The notes under the pieces were generated by a model. It searched no databases and had not been told where the DNA came from. It saw only the letters and a list, made by a program, of their open reading frames with translations. Source: Squalus acanthias (taxonomy: Eukaryota). From it: a stretch of DNA of 64,000 nucleotides. The translations under genes and the position numbers were made by a program. Location of the stretch: positions 69,690,001 through 69,754,000 of the forward strand of contig CM059432.1 of assembly GCA_030390025.1 (NCBI GenBank), in the 5' to 3' direction. Below are positions 36,880-49,989 of the stretch, one piece after another; positions within the stretch are counted from its first letter, which is position 1, and each line of letters opens with the position of its first letter.

Positions 36880-39085
36880 CCTTTCACCATGACATTTCTG
36901 CAGCTACCGATTTGCTCAACCACACCCTCACCACCACCTTCGATGCACGAGTCTCTATTAAAACAATTGCTCTCTCTCACCCTGGCCGTTTCCCCAGTAT
37001 GGCCCTCATCTTCCCTGTCTTAAGTTCAAGGGATGCAGACTTGAACGGATATGGTGGACAACTGGTTTAGCCATTCTCCACCAGATCTGGCTAGACCACA
37101 TAAAGCATTATCGGGTCCTGCTCTCGTCTGCCAAAATTGCTCACTATTCCAGAATCATTCTGGAATGCAAAGATAACACCCGGTTTCTATTCTCCACTGC
37201 TAACCGTCTTCTTAAACCCCTCTCCCCTGTCTCCTCCACCCTCACCTCCAACAACAAGTGCGAGGAGCTCATGACTTCTTTGTCTCTAAGATTGAGACCA
37301 TCTGATCAGCTGCCTCTGCCACTTCCCTTCCTTCCCCTAGCCCACAGGGCCAAACTTCCCCTCTGCCCTAACCCTGAATTCGCATCTTTCTCCAGTTTCT
37401 CTCCGAGCTCCTCTCATGATCTCTCCGCGCTCATCTTGTCCATGAGATCCACTTCCTGCTCCCTCGACCCTATTTCCACCAAACTGCTGACCACCCAACT
37501 TCCTTTTCTGGCTTCCATGTTAGCTGATATTATTAACGGTTCTCTCTTCTAAGTTACTGTCCCCCTCTCCTTTATACCTGCCGTCATCACCCCCCTCCTC
37601 AAAAAGCCAACCCTTGACCTCACTGTCCTTGCAAACTACCGCCCCATCTCCAACCTTCCTTTCCTCTCCAAAGTCCTTGAACATGTCGTCGCCTCCCAAA
37701 TCCATGCCCATCTTTCTTGGAACTCCATGTTGGAATCCTTCCAATCAGGTTTCCGCCCTGCCACAGGACCGAAACGGATCTCATCAAAGTCACAAATGAC
37801 AGCCTTTGTGACTGCAACAAAGGTAAACTATCCCTCATCGTCCTTCTCGTCTTGTCTGCAGCCCTTGACTCGGTTGACCACTCCATTCTCCTCCAACGCC
37901 TCTCCACCGTTGTCCAGCTGGGTGGGACTGCACTCGCCTGGTTCCATTCTTATCTATCTAATCGTACCCAGAGAATCACCTGCAATGGCGTCTCTTCCCG
38001 CTCCCCCATCGTTACCTCTGCTGTCCCCCAAGGATATATCTTGGCCCCCTCCTATTTCTCATCTACATGCTGCCGCTTGGTAACATCATCCGAAAACACA
38101 GCGTCAGTTTCCACATGTACGCTGACGACACCCAGCTGTACCTCACCACCACTTCTCTCGACCCCTCCACGGTCTCTAAATTGTCAGACTGTCCGACATC
38201 CAGTACTGGATGAGCAGAAATTTTCTCCAATTAAATATTGGAAAGACCGAAGTCATTGTTTTCGGTCCCCGCCATCAACTTCGTTCCTTAGCCACTGACT
38301 CCATTCATCTCCCTAGCATCTGTCTGAGGCTGAACCACACTGTTCACAACCTTGGTGTCAAATTTGACCCCGAAATGAGCTTCCGACCACACATCCGCGG
38401 TATAACTAAGACCGCCTATTTCCACCTCCGTAACATCGCCCGTTTCCGCCCCGCCTCAACTCATCTGCTGCTGAAACCCTCATCCATGCCTTTGTTACCT
38501 CTAGACTTGACTGTTCCAACACACTCCTGGCTGGCCTCCCACGTTCTACCCTACGTAAACTTGAGGTCATCCAAAACTCGGCTGCCCGTGTCCTAACTCG
38601 CAGCAAGACCTGTTCATCCATCACCCCTATGCTCGCTGACCTACATTGGCTCCCGGTTAAGCAATGCCTCGATTTCAAAATTCTCATCCTTGTTTTCAAA
38701 TTCCTTCAAGGCCTTACCCCTCCCAACCTCTGTAATCTCCTCCAGCCCCACAACACCCACCCCACCCCCGAGATATCTGCGTTCCACTAATTCTGCCCTC
38801 TTGAGCATCCCTGATTATAATCGCTCAACCTTTGGTGGACGTGCCTTCAGCTGCGAAGGCCCTAAGCTCTGGAATTTCCTGCCTAAACCTCTCCGTCTCT
38901 CTACCTCTCTCTCCTCCTTTAAGACGCTCCTTAAAACCTATCTCTTTGACCAAGCTTTTGGTCACCTGCCCTAATTTCTCCTTATGTGGCTCGGTGTCAA
39001 ATTTCTGTCTTACAATACTCCTGTGAAGCGCCTTGGGATGTTTTACTACGTTAAAGGCGCTATATAAATACAAGATGTTGTTGCT
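36880..39085 (+). mobile_element. L2-clade LINE, 5'-truncated and decayed
   Basis: [39 protein letters not shown] and FKTLLKTYLF motifs. L2-type 3' end gtgaagcgccttggg...aaaggcgctatataaat...gttgttg. Confidence 0.9.
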
Positions 39086-39099
39086 GTGTGATGCGCAGG

Positions 39100-39770
39100 C
39101 CACCTCATTGGCCACATTGTGAGAAGAAATTGTTACAAAATCCGTCCTAAATTCACTTTTCACTTGTTTAAATCTGTGCCCCTTTATTCCACTGTTGTGG
39201 CTTTCCTTCAATTAATGCTCTGGATTTATCTTTTCTACACTGTTTAATATCTTGTATGATTTCAATATCTTGTATATTTCTAAGGTCCCCTCTCAGCTAG
39301 CTTCTTTCAAGAGCCACAGTCTCCAGTCTTCTTCCATAGCTCAGTTACCTGACTCCAGAGCTTGGCCACGTGCTTCTTCTCTGCATTACTTCTGGTTCTT
39401 AAATATTTCCTTTGTGTCTTGATTAAAACTGGATACAGTATTCAACATGTGGTGTGAGCCGAGCACTATAAAATGTTAGCATAAGCTCCTCTGATTTATA
39501 ATCTACTGATTTTTTAATCCAGTTCAGCATTCTGTTTGGTTTGTTGATTGCTGCCCACATGACCTGACATGTTAATGGTTGAATCTGCTGACACCTCCCA
39601 ATCTCTTAACACCTCTCACCTTTAGATATTTCTACACAATCCATAGTGTATGCACCTTCCTATTTTTTTCTTTAGTGTTCAGTACCTTACATTTCATTTG
39701 GCTCATTTCTGTTAATTTACAAATTTCTTCTTATTTCTGTAGGTTCCTGGCTGCATCCTCTACACTGCTT
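39100..39770 (-). mobile_element. Old decayed CR1 fragment
   Basis: The reverse complement encodes ...KGHRFKQVKSEFRTD..., with remnants of the PHVEYCIQF region near 39430-39455. Confidence 0.55.
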
Positions 39771-39825
39771 CCCTTGCATTAGGTTTTTCAATCTGCCATT
39801 AATTTTGCAGGGAGCAGGGAGCAGA

Positions 39826-40036
39826 AGTCAATTTCGGGTCCGGGGCGCTACCGGGGCGATGCGCACGGCAGTGACGTCACGATCTCCGGGCGAAGGAGAT
39901 CGGGGCGCAACGCCGTAGCGCCGTCACAAAACTCCTGTCGAATATGGCAGGATTCGATGTCAGCGCCGCGCCCGGTCGCAAACCCATTTGCGCCCGTTAG
40001 CGCAACGGGAGGCGCAAAGGCACCCAATTTGGCCCC
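39826..40036. mobile_element. Right-end fragment of a GC-rich Harbinger-type element
   Basis: Similar to the family X right end (gacgtcacgatct...tttgcgccc.ttagcg...aacgggaggcgcaa...aatttggcccc). Confidence 0.55.
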
Positions 40037-40084
40037 CAAATTGTTAAAAATCTGATTCCTCGATAGAACCTGCCTCCAACCCGC

Positions 40085-40325
40085 CCCTGACTGTTCCTGA
40101 CCCCCTCCCCGTGCTGCTCCCGGGCCCCGAATGTTCCCTCCCCCCCACCCCCACGCTGCTCCCAACCCTCGATTGTACCCAACCCCCCTCCCCCACCATG
40201 CTGCTCCCGACCCTCGATTGTTCCCTACCCCGACCACCGTGCTGCTCCCGGCCCCTGATTGTTCCCGACCGCCCCCCCCAGCTCCTCTGTTCCTCCCCGT
40301 GCTCCTCTGGCCCCCCGCCCCCCAT
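40085..40325. repeat. C-rich minisatellite with a unit of about 38-40 bp
   Basis: Recurrent cc(g/a)tgctgctccc(g/a)(a/g)ccc(t/c)(c)gattgttccc units. Confidence 0.75.
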
Positions 40326-41554
40326 ACGAACCCTCCCCTCCTCCTCTCTGCGGCCTAGTGCCACAGGCCCACCCACCTGAAGCCAGCCGGCCTCTTAATC
40401 TGGCTGGCTGCGGGTGGGAAACAGGTTTCCCATGCAAATTAGGCCCTGGCGTTAAATTCGGCAGCCCCCCACCCCCGCTCCCAACCAATTCTCCCCATTA
40501 AAATTCAGGCCAGTACTTCCGCCCTAAAAGTACCAGCTAAGGCTAGGACCCAGCATATCCAGGTCCTGTCCTAATTCCTGGGCCTTCCACTACACTCCAG
40601 CCAGACGTCATGTGCATTATCGGGGCCAGTAAGGTTCAACAGAGATCCTGGGACACTCAGCTCAATATGTCTCCTACTCTGGCACCAGTCCTTTAACAAG
40701 TACCTTCAGTTTCTTATTAAGCTCCATGTTTTCACTTGAATTCCCAATGCTTTGAGTTTAAATAGCAGCCTTTCATGAGGAGCTTTGTTCTAGGTTTTTG
40801 TCACAGGTGTTTGTGTTATTGTTGTTATATTTTTGTACACCAGGAGTGAGGATTTTAATTTGGTGCTTCACTCTGGTTGCTCACTTGCTGTGTTTAAAAG
40901 TGTTTTAACTGGGGCCCCATTGCCTCTAAATATTAAATTATTGGTTCAGTCATGTAAATTAACAACATCGAGCTGTTTAGCTGGTCCTATTGATCCTTTA
41001 CTTGGTGAAAATCCGTTTATAGCACATCCTAAGGTTTATTACGGGCTACCTCCTCAAAAAAGTCATGAGGTTAGTTAGGCAGGAGTTTCCCCTTTTGAAA
41101 CCATATTGGCTGCTACTTAGACTATTATTATGCAGATAATTCTCAAGTTTTCTCGTGCCATTTAATTCTATTGCTTGTTAACTGTTACTGATGGTAGAGG
41201 TGTTTGTACTTTCTGCGGTATATTTATCACCTTTTTTGAATATAGGTAGTACATTAGCTTGTTCCAATCTAAAGTGACCTCCCCAGCATTCAATGACACT
41301 CTTCTGATGACTATCAGCACTTCACAAATTTGTCCTTTGCCTGTCTTAGTACCTTGGGATAAGTAGCACCCGTCCCTAGGAATATATAGGAAGATAAGTA
41401 TACTTAAATTATCTCTATTTAAGGAGAGCATGGAACTATGGAAACATTGAATATTTTAACTATTCTTTGTTTTTCCACATTTGCATCTCTGTCAGCATTA
41501 TTTAAGTGTTTTATCCCTTCCCTTATAGCTAGGATCCATAGTTCAATTTATGCA

Positions 41555-42626
41555 GCGAATGGTGAGCACCTGGAACGCGCTGCTGACGGAAGTGGTGGAA
41601 GCGGACACACTCAACGTTTTCAAGGGGAGACTGGATAGGCACTTGAGGGAAATAAACTTGCAGGGCTACGGGGATAGAGCGGGGGAATGGGACTGACTGG
41701 ATTGCTCTACAGAGAGCCGGCATGGACTCAGTGGGCCGAATAGCCTCCTTCTGTGCCTCTATGACTCTATGGGCGCGATCTTGCCAGCCCTGGGGAGGCG
41801 GGTATGGAGGCAGGACTACCAGGAAAATGGCAGAATTTGGGGGCGGGTGCCCAACCCGCCCCCAACCTGCCTCCATGCCATCTTGCCAGGAGGCGGGTAG
41901 CCGACCTGTGCCACATCCCGTCTCCTTGGAGGCGGGAAGGGGATTACAGCCACTTAACTGCCTGTTAACAGGTAGTTAACAGGCAGATAAGAGGATTATC
42001 CCCATTTTGCCCACACAAGTGCGGGCTTCCCGAAGGCTGCGAACCCCGCCAGGGTCACCGAGGCGAGCTGTGAGTCTGCGGGGGTTGCAGGGGTGCAAAA
42101 GTGCGCTGTGAAGGTAAGTGATGGGTGCAAGTGTGGAGAGGTGAATATGTGAGGTAAGTGGACAGTGTTAGAAAAAGTTTACTTACCTTTATTTCTTCCT
42201 GCAGGCTTCAAGAGTTGGGTATGCGGAGAGTCTCGCACCTCCGCAGCAGAGATGACAGATGGCCGTTGCATTCTCCAATGCAACAACCATCTAATTTCTG
42301 CAAAAGAAAGAGGTTTGATGAGGTCTTGAATTCAAGAACTCATCAAACAACAGAGAATGTCAGTGTGTGACAGCTTCACAGAGCTGTCAAACGATGACAA
42401 TTCATCTGTCAAAAATTTTTGACAGATGAAACGTCATACGTTGACGTTCTCAGTAGCCGGCTTTCCCTTAATTGGCCTGCTAAGCCCACTGGGCGGGCTT
42501 AACAAGGTCAATCAAGGGAAAATAGCGTGGGTTGGCCAGAAGTTGATGGAGGCGGGACTGAAACCCGACAAGTGGGAGTCCCACCTCCAAAAGCTCCCCA
42601 TTGGCAAAATCCAGCCCTATGACTCT
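41555..42626 (+). mobile_element. CR1 3' end whose (CTATGACT)n tail is split by a MITE
   Basis: CR1 3'UTR at 41555-41770 ends ctctatgactctat. The tail resumes as tatgactct at 42618. Confidence 0.8.
41771..42617. mobile_element. Harbinger-type MITE (family Y)
   Basis: TIRs gggcgcgatcttgcca / tggcaaaatccagccc and TAT TSD. Homologous to 56225-57068 in the opposite orientation. Confidence 0.85.
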
Positions 42627-43177
42627 TGCTATTGTAGTACTAGAAAAATTACTTGGAGTTTTGTTTACTATCTGTACATTTTAATTTCAGGATCCTCTTG
42701 AGATGGCTTGAAATGCTTTTTGAAACTTTCTAGAGACCTTCAGAAATGTTATTCCCGAATAAATGACATTTCCATTTAAATCTGCATTCCTTTAAACTTC
42801 ATTTGCACCGAATTTACCACTCCCACCACCACAGTGTTCCCTCGCACCATCCGAATCTGCACCTGGTGCTCTGAATATTTATGCAAGGAGCTTACTCTAG
42901 GAAATTGAGTGCTATTAGCACTTTACCATTATAATAAGATTTTTACTAGTCATAAACCATTTGGAACTGACTAATGTCAGTGCGTGAAAATTGACTACAT
43001 TACATTTCCCAGCAGAGACAAAACAGCATTTGGTAGACCAGCAGGCTCACAATACTTGTGGTCAACAAAGTATTTGATGGTTTATCGCCATCAGCTAGGA
43101 TCCATAGTTCAATTTCTTCCCACTTATTTTCTAATAATTATATTACAACTAATGCAAATCATATTTCTGTCTCACAG

Positions 43178-43256
43178 ATGGACACCTTCAGCATTGAGGC
43201 AGTTTCTGTTGGAATAATGAAAACGATTGTAATTGGCCATGATGGTGTGAAAGCAG
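43178..43256 (+). CDS. RP1: PLAT-domain protein exon 7 (MDTFSIEAVSVGIMKTIVIGHDGVKAG)
   Basis: tttctgtctcacag acceptor and GCAG|gtac donor, with the D.F.IEAV..G....I.IGHDG PLAT motif. The next exon was not found in the window. Confidence 0.92.
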
Positions 43257-43670
43257 GTACAGTATAATCAATTTACCTATATTTGAACTCTTGGTTATCA
43301 TACAGGGGAACATCACAGGGACAACAGTGATGATACCATTCCCAATGGTCATTTTTATGCTGGCTTACTGCTATCAGGTTACTGATGGTTCAGGCATTCA
43401 TGCTACTTTGGGGAGTAATGACGCTATTTGCAAATTTTGATATAAAGGTTTAATTTCCTATGTGTGCTATTTTTAACACATTTACTGTGCTATTTGGTGC
43501 AATTATTAATGGGGGAGAAATTTGTGTTCGCCAGAAAAGTTGCCGGTGTCATGGGGCATGGAGATTGGTGGCACAGCGCTTACCTTCTGTGCAACGCCGT
43601 CCTGGTGGCGTTGCTGGAGGCATCCGAGATGAAGTTCCTGTCCAGGTGCGGCATTGCAGCTTCCCACAGC

Positions 43671-46149
43671 CATAGAGACATAGGGGGAGAAATTCAGTAT
43701 CGCCCCATTTGGGGCGTAATTATCGGCCGGGCGCAAAGATTAGTGCCTGGTGATAATTATCGCCACCGACTGCAAACTTGACTTTTATCGCCCCTGGAGG
43801 TGATTGGAGCGCTAAATCAGGCGCTTCACACCTCTCTTAAGGCGCAAAGGCCGAGGAGCGAGGCGCTACCTCAGAGCGCGGCGCTACCTCAGAGCGCTGG
43901 CGAAGCTCATGTGATGTCAATCAGCAATGAAACACACACACAATGGCGCCGGCCAGTTCCTAAAGGGGAGGGTTGATCTTGCTTTCCATCCACATCCTGC
44001 TCATTGCAGCCTTGAATCTCGGCCTGGAGAGACCTGCACATCAAATCTGCTGGAAAGAACAATGGAGAGTACCAGGGAAAGAGCTCAGAATGCAGCCCCC
44101 ATAGTCTCTTCTAAATCGATAAAAGGAAGGGCAAATCAAAATGAACCTGCAAAGTGCTGCTCAGTACCCAAAACTCCTTCACACACCGTTGAATCTCTCC
44201 AGAAGTCTCTCTCTCTCTCTCTCTCTCAGAATGCGTGGTTCAAAAATGTCACCAACAAAAAAAGGCAGGAAGCGGTCGCCTTTAAATAGCGCTCCCCCAG
44301 TCCCTTCCTGACTGCAAAACGCTCCCCTCAAACTGTCGTTGCTAGCGGCAGGCAGTAAGGCTGGGGGCGCCACTCAATATCTGCTCCGGGGCGATACCGG
44401 GGCGTTGCGAACTTGACTGACGTCATGATCTGCCGGCGCAGGAGATCGTGGCGGTAGTGTTTAGTGCCACCGCAAAATGTCTAGTTAATTTCGCGAGCGG
44501 CGCAAACATCGCCGCGCCCGGGCGCTAGATGCTTTGCGCCCCATTAGCGCCCTCTTAAGGCGCTAACGGGAGGCGCAACCAACTGAATTTTTCCCCCATA
44601 GAGTTATACAGCACAGAAAGAGGCCCTTCGGCCCATCGTGTCTGCGCCGGCCATCAAGCCCTGTCTATTCTAATCCCATTTTCCAGCACTTGGTCTGTAG
44701 CCTTGTATGCTATGGCATTTCAAGTGCTCATCTAAATGCTTCTTGAATGTTGTGAGGGTTCCTGCCTCTACCACCCTTTCAGGCAGTGAGTTCCAGATTC
44801 CAACCACCCTCTGGGTGAAAAAGTCTTTCCTCAAATCCCCTCTAAACCTCCTGCCCCTTACCTTGAAATTATGCCCCCTGGTTATTGACCCCTCTACTAA
44901 GGGGAAAAGTTCCTTTCCATCTACCCTATCTATGCCCCCCATAATTTTGTACACCTCAATCAGGTCCCCCCTCAGCCTTCTCTTCTCTAAAGAAAACAAC
45001 CCCAGCCTGTCCAGTCCCTCCTCATAGTTGAAGCACTCCAGCCCAGGTAACATCCTGGTGAATCTCCTCTGCACCCACTCCAATGCAATCACATCCTTCC
45101 TATAGTGTGGTGACCAGAATTGCACACAGTATTCCAGCTGTGGCCTAACTAGCATTTTGTACAGCTCCATCATAACCTCTCTGCTCTTATATTCTATGCC
45201 TCGGCTAATGAAGGCAAGTATCCCATATGCCTTCTTAACCACCTTATCTACCTGTCCTGCTGCCTTCAGGGATCTATGTATATGCACACCAAGGTCCCTC
45301 TGATCCTCTGTCCTTCCTAGGGTCCTACCATTCATTGTGTATTCCCTTGCTTTGTTAGTCCTCCCAAAATGCATCACCTCACACTTTCCAGGGTTAAATT
45401 CCATTTGCCACTGTTCTGCCCATCTAACCAACCCATCTATATCGTCCTGTAGCCTGAGGCTTCCCTCCTCGCTATTTACCACTCCACCAATTTTTGTGTC
45501 ATCTGCAAACTTACTGATCATACCTCCTACATTCATATCTAAATCATTAATGTACACTACAAACTGCAAAGGACCCAGCACCGATCCCTGCGGTACACCA
45601 CTGGACACAGGCTTCCAGTCACAAAAGCAACCTTCGACCATCACCCTCTGCCTCCTGCCACTAAGCCAATTTTGGATCCAATGTGCCAAATTGCCCTAGA
45701 TCCCATGGGCTCTTACCTTCTTAACCAGTCTCCCATGCAGGACTTTGTCAAAAGCCTTACTGAAGTCCATGTAGACTACATCAACTGCACTACCCTCATC
45801 CACACACCTAGTCACCCCCTTGAAAAATTCAATCAAATTGGTTAGACATGATCTCCCCCTGACATGCTGACTATCCTTGATTAATCCTTGCCTCTCCAAG
45901 TGGAGACTAATTCTGTCCCTCAGAATTTTTTCCAATAATTTCCCTACCACTGATGTTAGGCTCACTGGCCTGCAATTCCCTGGTTTATCCCTACTACCTT
46001 TCTTGAATAATGGTACTACATTAGCTGTTCTCCAGTCCTCTGGCACCTCCCCTGTGGCCAGAGAGGTTCTGAAAATTTGTGTCAGAGCCCCTGCAATCTC
46101 CTCCCTTGCCTCACACAGCAGCCTGGGATACATCTCGTCTGGGCCTGGG
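43671..46149 (-). mobile_element. 5'-truncated CR1 LINE (RT), relatively young
   Basis: ORFs 45696-46149 and 44670-45689 contain YMDFSKAFDKV, GVPQGSVLGP and KFADDTK, separated by one stop. The catagag tail is split by a MITE. Confidence 0.95.
43683..44597. mobile_element. GC-rich Harbinger-type MITE (family X) in a CR1 tail
   Basis: TIRs gggggagaaattcagt / actgaatttttccccc and ATA TSD. Confidence 0.88.
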
Positions 46150-47575
46150 GGAGCCTCTGAAATCGAGGCTGTGGAGCTCACCAAGAATTGTGGGTAATGA
46201 AGAGGTCTGAGAATTAAAGGGGCCATGCAGATTGAAGCAATACAAATTAAAATGAAGTGAAATAATGCAGTTTTCGGCCCTTTCTGACTTTTAAAAAACA
46301 TTTAACATTAAAAACAATTCCAAATGTGAATATCCAGCTCTTAAAGCTGAATTATCTTCCTAACCTCAACAAATGGTAAAACTGTCTCAGCACTAACACA
46401 AATGGCTCAGCAAGCTAGGGAAGGGGCACCCAGGGTCTTGCACGCAGAGCTCCAGATTTGTGCAGGGGTTCAACACTGAAAGACAGGCCCTCTACCCACA
46501 AGGGCCAGGAGGTCCTCCAGAAAGAAGGGTGTGGAGTACATCACTGAGGCCATCACTGCCAGCAATGTCGCCCCCACCATCTGGCTCCAGTGCCCAAAGA
46601 AGCTTCATGACCTCAGACCAGTGGTTAAGGTCAGTAAATGCATCTTCAAAAGCCATCTCCTACCAACTGCACCACTAGCATCACACACTGCTCTATGCAC
46701 AACCCCCAATCACTCAACTACCAACAATCTGCACCAATCACGAGGCACATCTCCCATTCCTAGCCTCACCTCACCCCCTTGGAGGAGACAGTGCAGGCCA
46801 TTCTTGGCAAGGGCATGGCTGAGCCTCTGGCCAGCGGCGGAGCTGAAAAGATACAAGATGCTGGTATCCTCATACATTATCCTCCTTCTGGCATGCACCT
46901 CATGCTTTCCCACCCTCCCATCACCACAACTCCACCCTTGTCCCTTCCTCATTTCACACACCCAAGAAATGCAGCCTGCCTAGCCAGTGGTTGACCAAGA
47001 AGAGGGAGAGGAGAGTGAAGAAGAACAAGAAGAAGAAGAAGATTGCTTTGACACTCCCAGCTAAGACATTTGCAGTGTCCCCCACTGAAAGTCAGCAACC
47101 TTCCACCAGCCATACTGCAGCCACTGGGGTAGCACTACGTGACATCATTAACATAGGTAAAGGCACAAACGAGACAGTCACTAAGAGAATGCAAATGAGT
47201 GATGAGTTGATTTCTTGATGCCACATTGGATGGATAGATGTATATAGGTGGATTGAAAAGTTTGCTTGTGGTGGCTTTTATTTCAGCATCATGGCCAAGA
47301 GGATGTTGTGATGGTCAGTAACAGAGGGAAGGTAAGGTGTGGGACTAATGTTGAAAGGGGAATTGAGGTTGTGGTCACTGGGACCGCAGGCGGATGATTC
47401 GATCCCGGATATCCTGGCCAGAAAGGGGCTGTCTGGGATGCATCCTTCCGTCTGATTCTTCCTTTTCTGATTCCTGCTCTTCGGCTTCCTCCTCTTCTGC
47501 TTCTTCCTCTCTGGCTTCCTCCTCTTCTGTGTCTTCCCCTTCCCTCTACAAGTGATGCTGTAAATGTGAAATGAC

Positions 47576-47692
47576 AGCATAAAATGCTGGAAACACTCAG
47601 CTGGTCAGGCAGCATCTCGACCTGAGACGTGAACTCTGTATTTCTCTCCATTGATGTTGCGTGACCTGCTGAGTAGTCACAGCATGTTTTGT
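47576..47692. repeat. Short decayed palindromic repeat (Penelope-like or SINE hairpin)
   Basis: atgctggaaacactcagctggtcaggcagcatc ... gatgttgcgtgacctgctgagtagtcacagcat form imperfect inverted arms. Confidence 0.55.
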
Positions 47693-49049
47693 CTTCTCAA
47701 AGGCCTTAATTTACCATCCAAACCCTTGCAAGCATCCAGCAGCACTCCCTACAAACTTAAAAAACTTTTCACATCTATTGCAGCATACCACCACGTCAAT
47801 AAAATCAAAAAATCCCAGTCCAAAACCTTACGTTCAAACTTACCTAATGATGTGTGTGTCGCTTTAAGAGCTGCAGACATCGCCACTGTTAACCTGGCAT
47901 GCTTAGGACCCAGCGCTGAATTCAGCGCTAGGATTGAAGTTCGTGTTGGTGACGTTAAGTCGGTGTTGCACGCCGATTGACGTCACCGTGCCGCCATTTT
48001 TTCTTTTAGGGTGCTACCAGTTACCGGCAGCACAAAGGGGGACATGAATATGGCGGCCGCCACGGGACCCACCACCAGCTGGTGAAAGAGCGGCGGCCGC
48101 CATTTTATTGCCATTTCATGGCGCTACGGAGTGTCGGTAAGTAGATGAATTTCTAGCCCAATGTGTTTAAAATAAACGGATTAATGACTGTGCTAAAACA
48201 GCACAGATAGGAAGTTAACATGAATATATTAACCAATGTGTTAAATAGTGTACAAAGGAAATTAAACTTAATAGTCCTTTGAATGATTTTTAAAAATTAA
48301 CTCATCGTACTGACTCTACCCCTCCAGATTAGAATAGTTTTGGTCTTAGGTTAGTACCTGTATATCACAGAACTATTCAAAATTTGAAACATGGCTCAAA
48401 TTAAACGGTTTACCCCTCCCCTATAGTTGGATTCAGTCTACTGGCTTTATCATTATACTCAACATATTGAACCCATGCCTGAATTTACACATAGTTGTAA
48501 ATGCTACCCAAATGTGGCACCATGCTAAACTGCCATTTTTTGTTTGGTGATAAGCAATTAATTTACTGGCAGGTTAAAAAAAATCATACCTTTAATTGCT
48601 TTAATCTAACTCGTATGTTTGTTCTCATTAAGCTGAGGGACTTCAGGACTGGTGAACGGAACATGATTCAACTTTTGGCATTGTCAGGTTGGGTGTAATG
48701 GTGGGGGCGAGTTACAAATGAAGCTCCCTCAATTCTGCCACAGCAAAGCATGTTAAACTCAAACTTTAATTGCACCAGTTGATTTTTTTTAACCATTTCC
48801 CGCATAAGTAATCCTTTTGGTCTATGAGTGATATTGTCAATTCAGTACCAGCTAATGCCAAATTATGGACAGTTTTGCAGGCAGGTCTGCAGGAGGGTGG
48901 GAAACTCAGTGATTGGGTGAGTAGGTTCATTGTTGCATTTGATGTTGTACCTAATACTAAATAACCTTGGATCACTGCAGGACTAATGAAATCAATAGTG
49001 TACTTACTATATGTAAATGATTTGTTTCTTTTTTTAAGAAACATTACCA

Positions 49050-49905
49050 CATTTAAAAAATTAATTCTCGGGAAGTGAGCGTCACAGGCAGTTATTGCTC
49101 ATCCCTCGTTGCCCTGAGTTGCTGATGGTGGGTCTTCTTCTTGACCTGCTGCATTCTATATGGAGAAGGTACTCCTACAATGCTGTTAGGCAAGGAGTTC
49201 TAGGATTTTGATCCAGTGACGATGAGGGAACAATGATATACGCAGGATGGAATTTGGCTTGGAGGGACAATGTTCACATGCACCTATTGCTTCTAGGTAG
49301 TACAGGTTGCAGGTTTGGGAATTGGTGCCAAAAAAGCCTTCGTAAGTTGCTCCAATGCATCCTGTAGATAGTACACCCTGCAGCCAAGTACTCCAGTGAT
49401 GTAGGGGGTAGATGTTTAGGCTAGTGAATGAGGTGCTGATCAAACGGACTGCTTAGTCCTGCATAGTGTTGAGCTTTTTGAGTGTTGTTGCAGCTGCATC
49501 CATTCAGGCAAGTGTAGAACATTCCATCACACTCCCTGTATGTGGTGGGGAGGCTTGGGGAAGTCAGGAGGTGAGTCACTCTCTACAGAATACCCAGCTT
49601 CTGACCTGGTCTAGTGGCCATGGTATTTACATGGCTGGCCAAGTTGCTTCTCTGGCCAATGGTGACTCACGACGATGTTAGTGGTGATGGTAATGCATTG
49701 AATGTTAAGGGGAGGTGGTTAGGCTCTCTCTTGCTAGAGATGGTCATTGCCTGGTACTTGTATTGCGCGAATGTTACCTGCCACTTATGAGCCCAAGCCT
49801 TGATGTTGTCCAGGTATAGACTGTTTTATTATCTGAGGAATTGTGACTAGAGCTGAACTTTGTGCAACCATCAGCAAACAGCTCCACTTCTGACCTTATG
49901 ATGGA
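49050..49905 (-). mobile_element. Decayed LINE B-family 3' fragment
   Basis: Colinear similarity to 21810-22720. Confidence 0.75.
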
Positions 49906-49989
49906 CGATAAGCAATTTTATTTTTCCTAAAGGTGCTACTGACCTTTAAGAAAACAACCTGAAAAATGGAAACTGAAAATGGAAATAAA

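Larger units (their letters stand above)
43511..48159. mobile_element. PIF/Harbinger derivative H6 with nested CR1 and MITE
   Basis: TIRs gggggagaaatt / aatttctagccc and AAT TSD (43508-43510, 48160-48162). Myb-gene remnant on + from about 46402 (MAQQAREGAPR...QCPKKLHDL). Confidence 0.82.

Noticed and set aside
44707..45699. Plus-strand ORFs recurring at 2888, 4942, 35956, 57186 and 57816
   Set aside because: These are antisense shadows of CR1 ORF2.
48881..48918. Next PLAT exon (ttttgcag acceptor, gtgagt donor)
   Set aside because: The required phase-1 frame hits TGA and lacks the expected GWFL motif.
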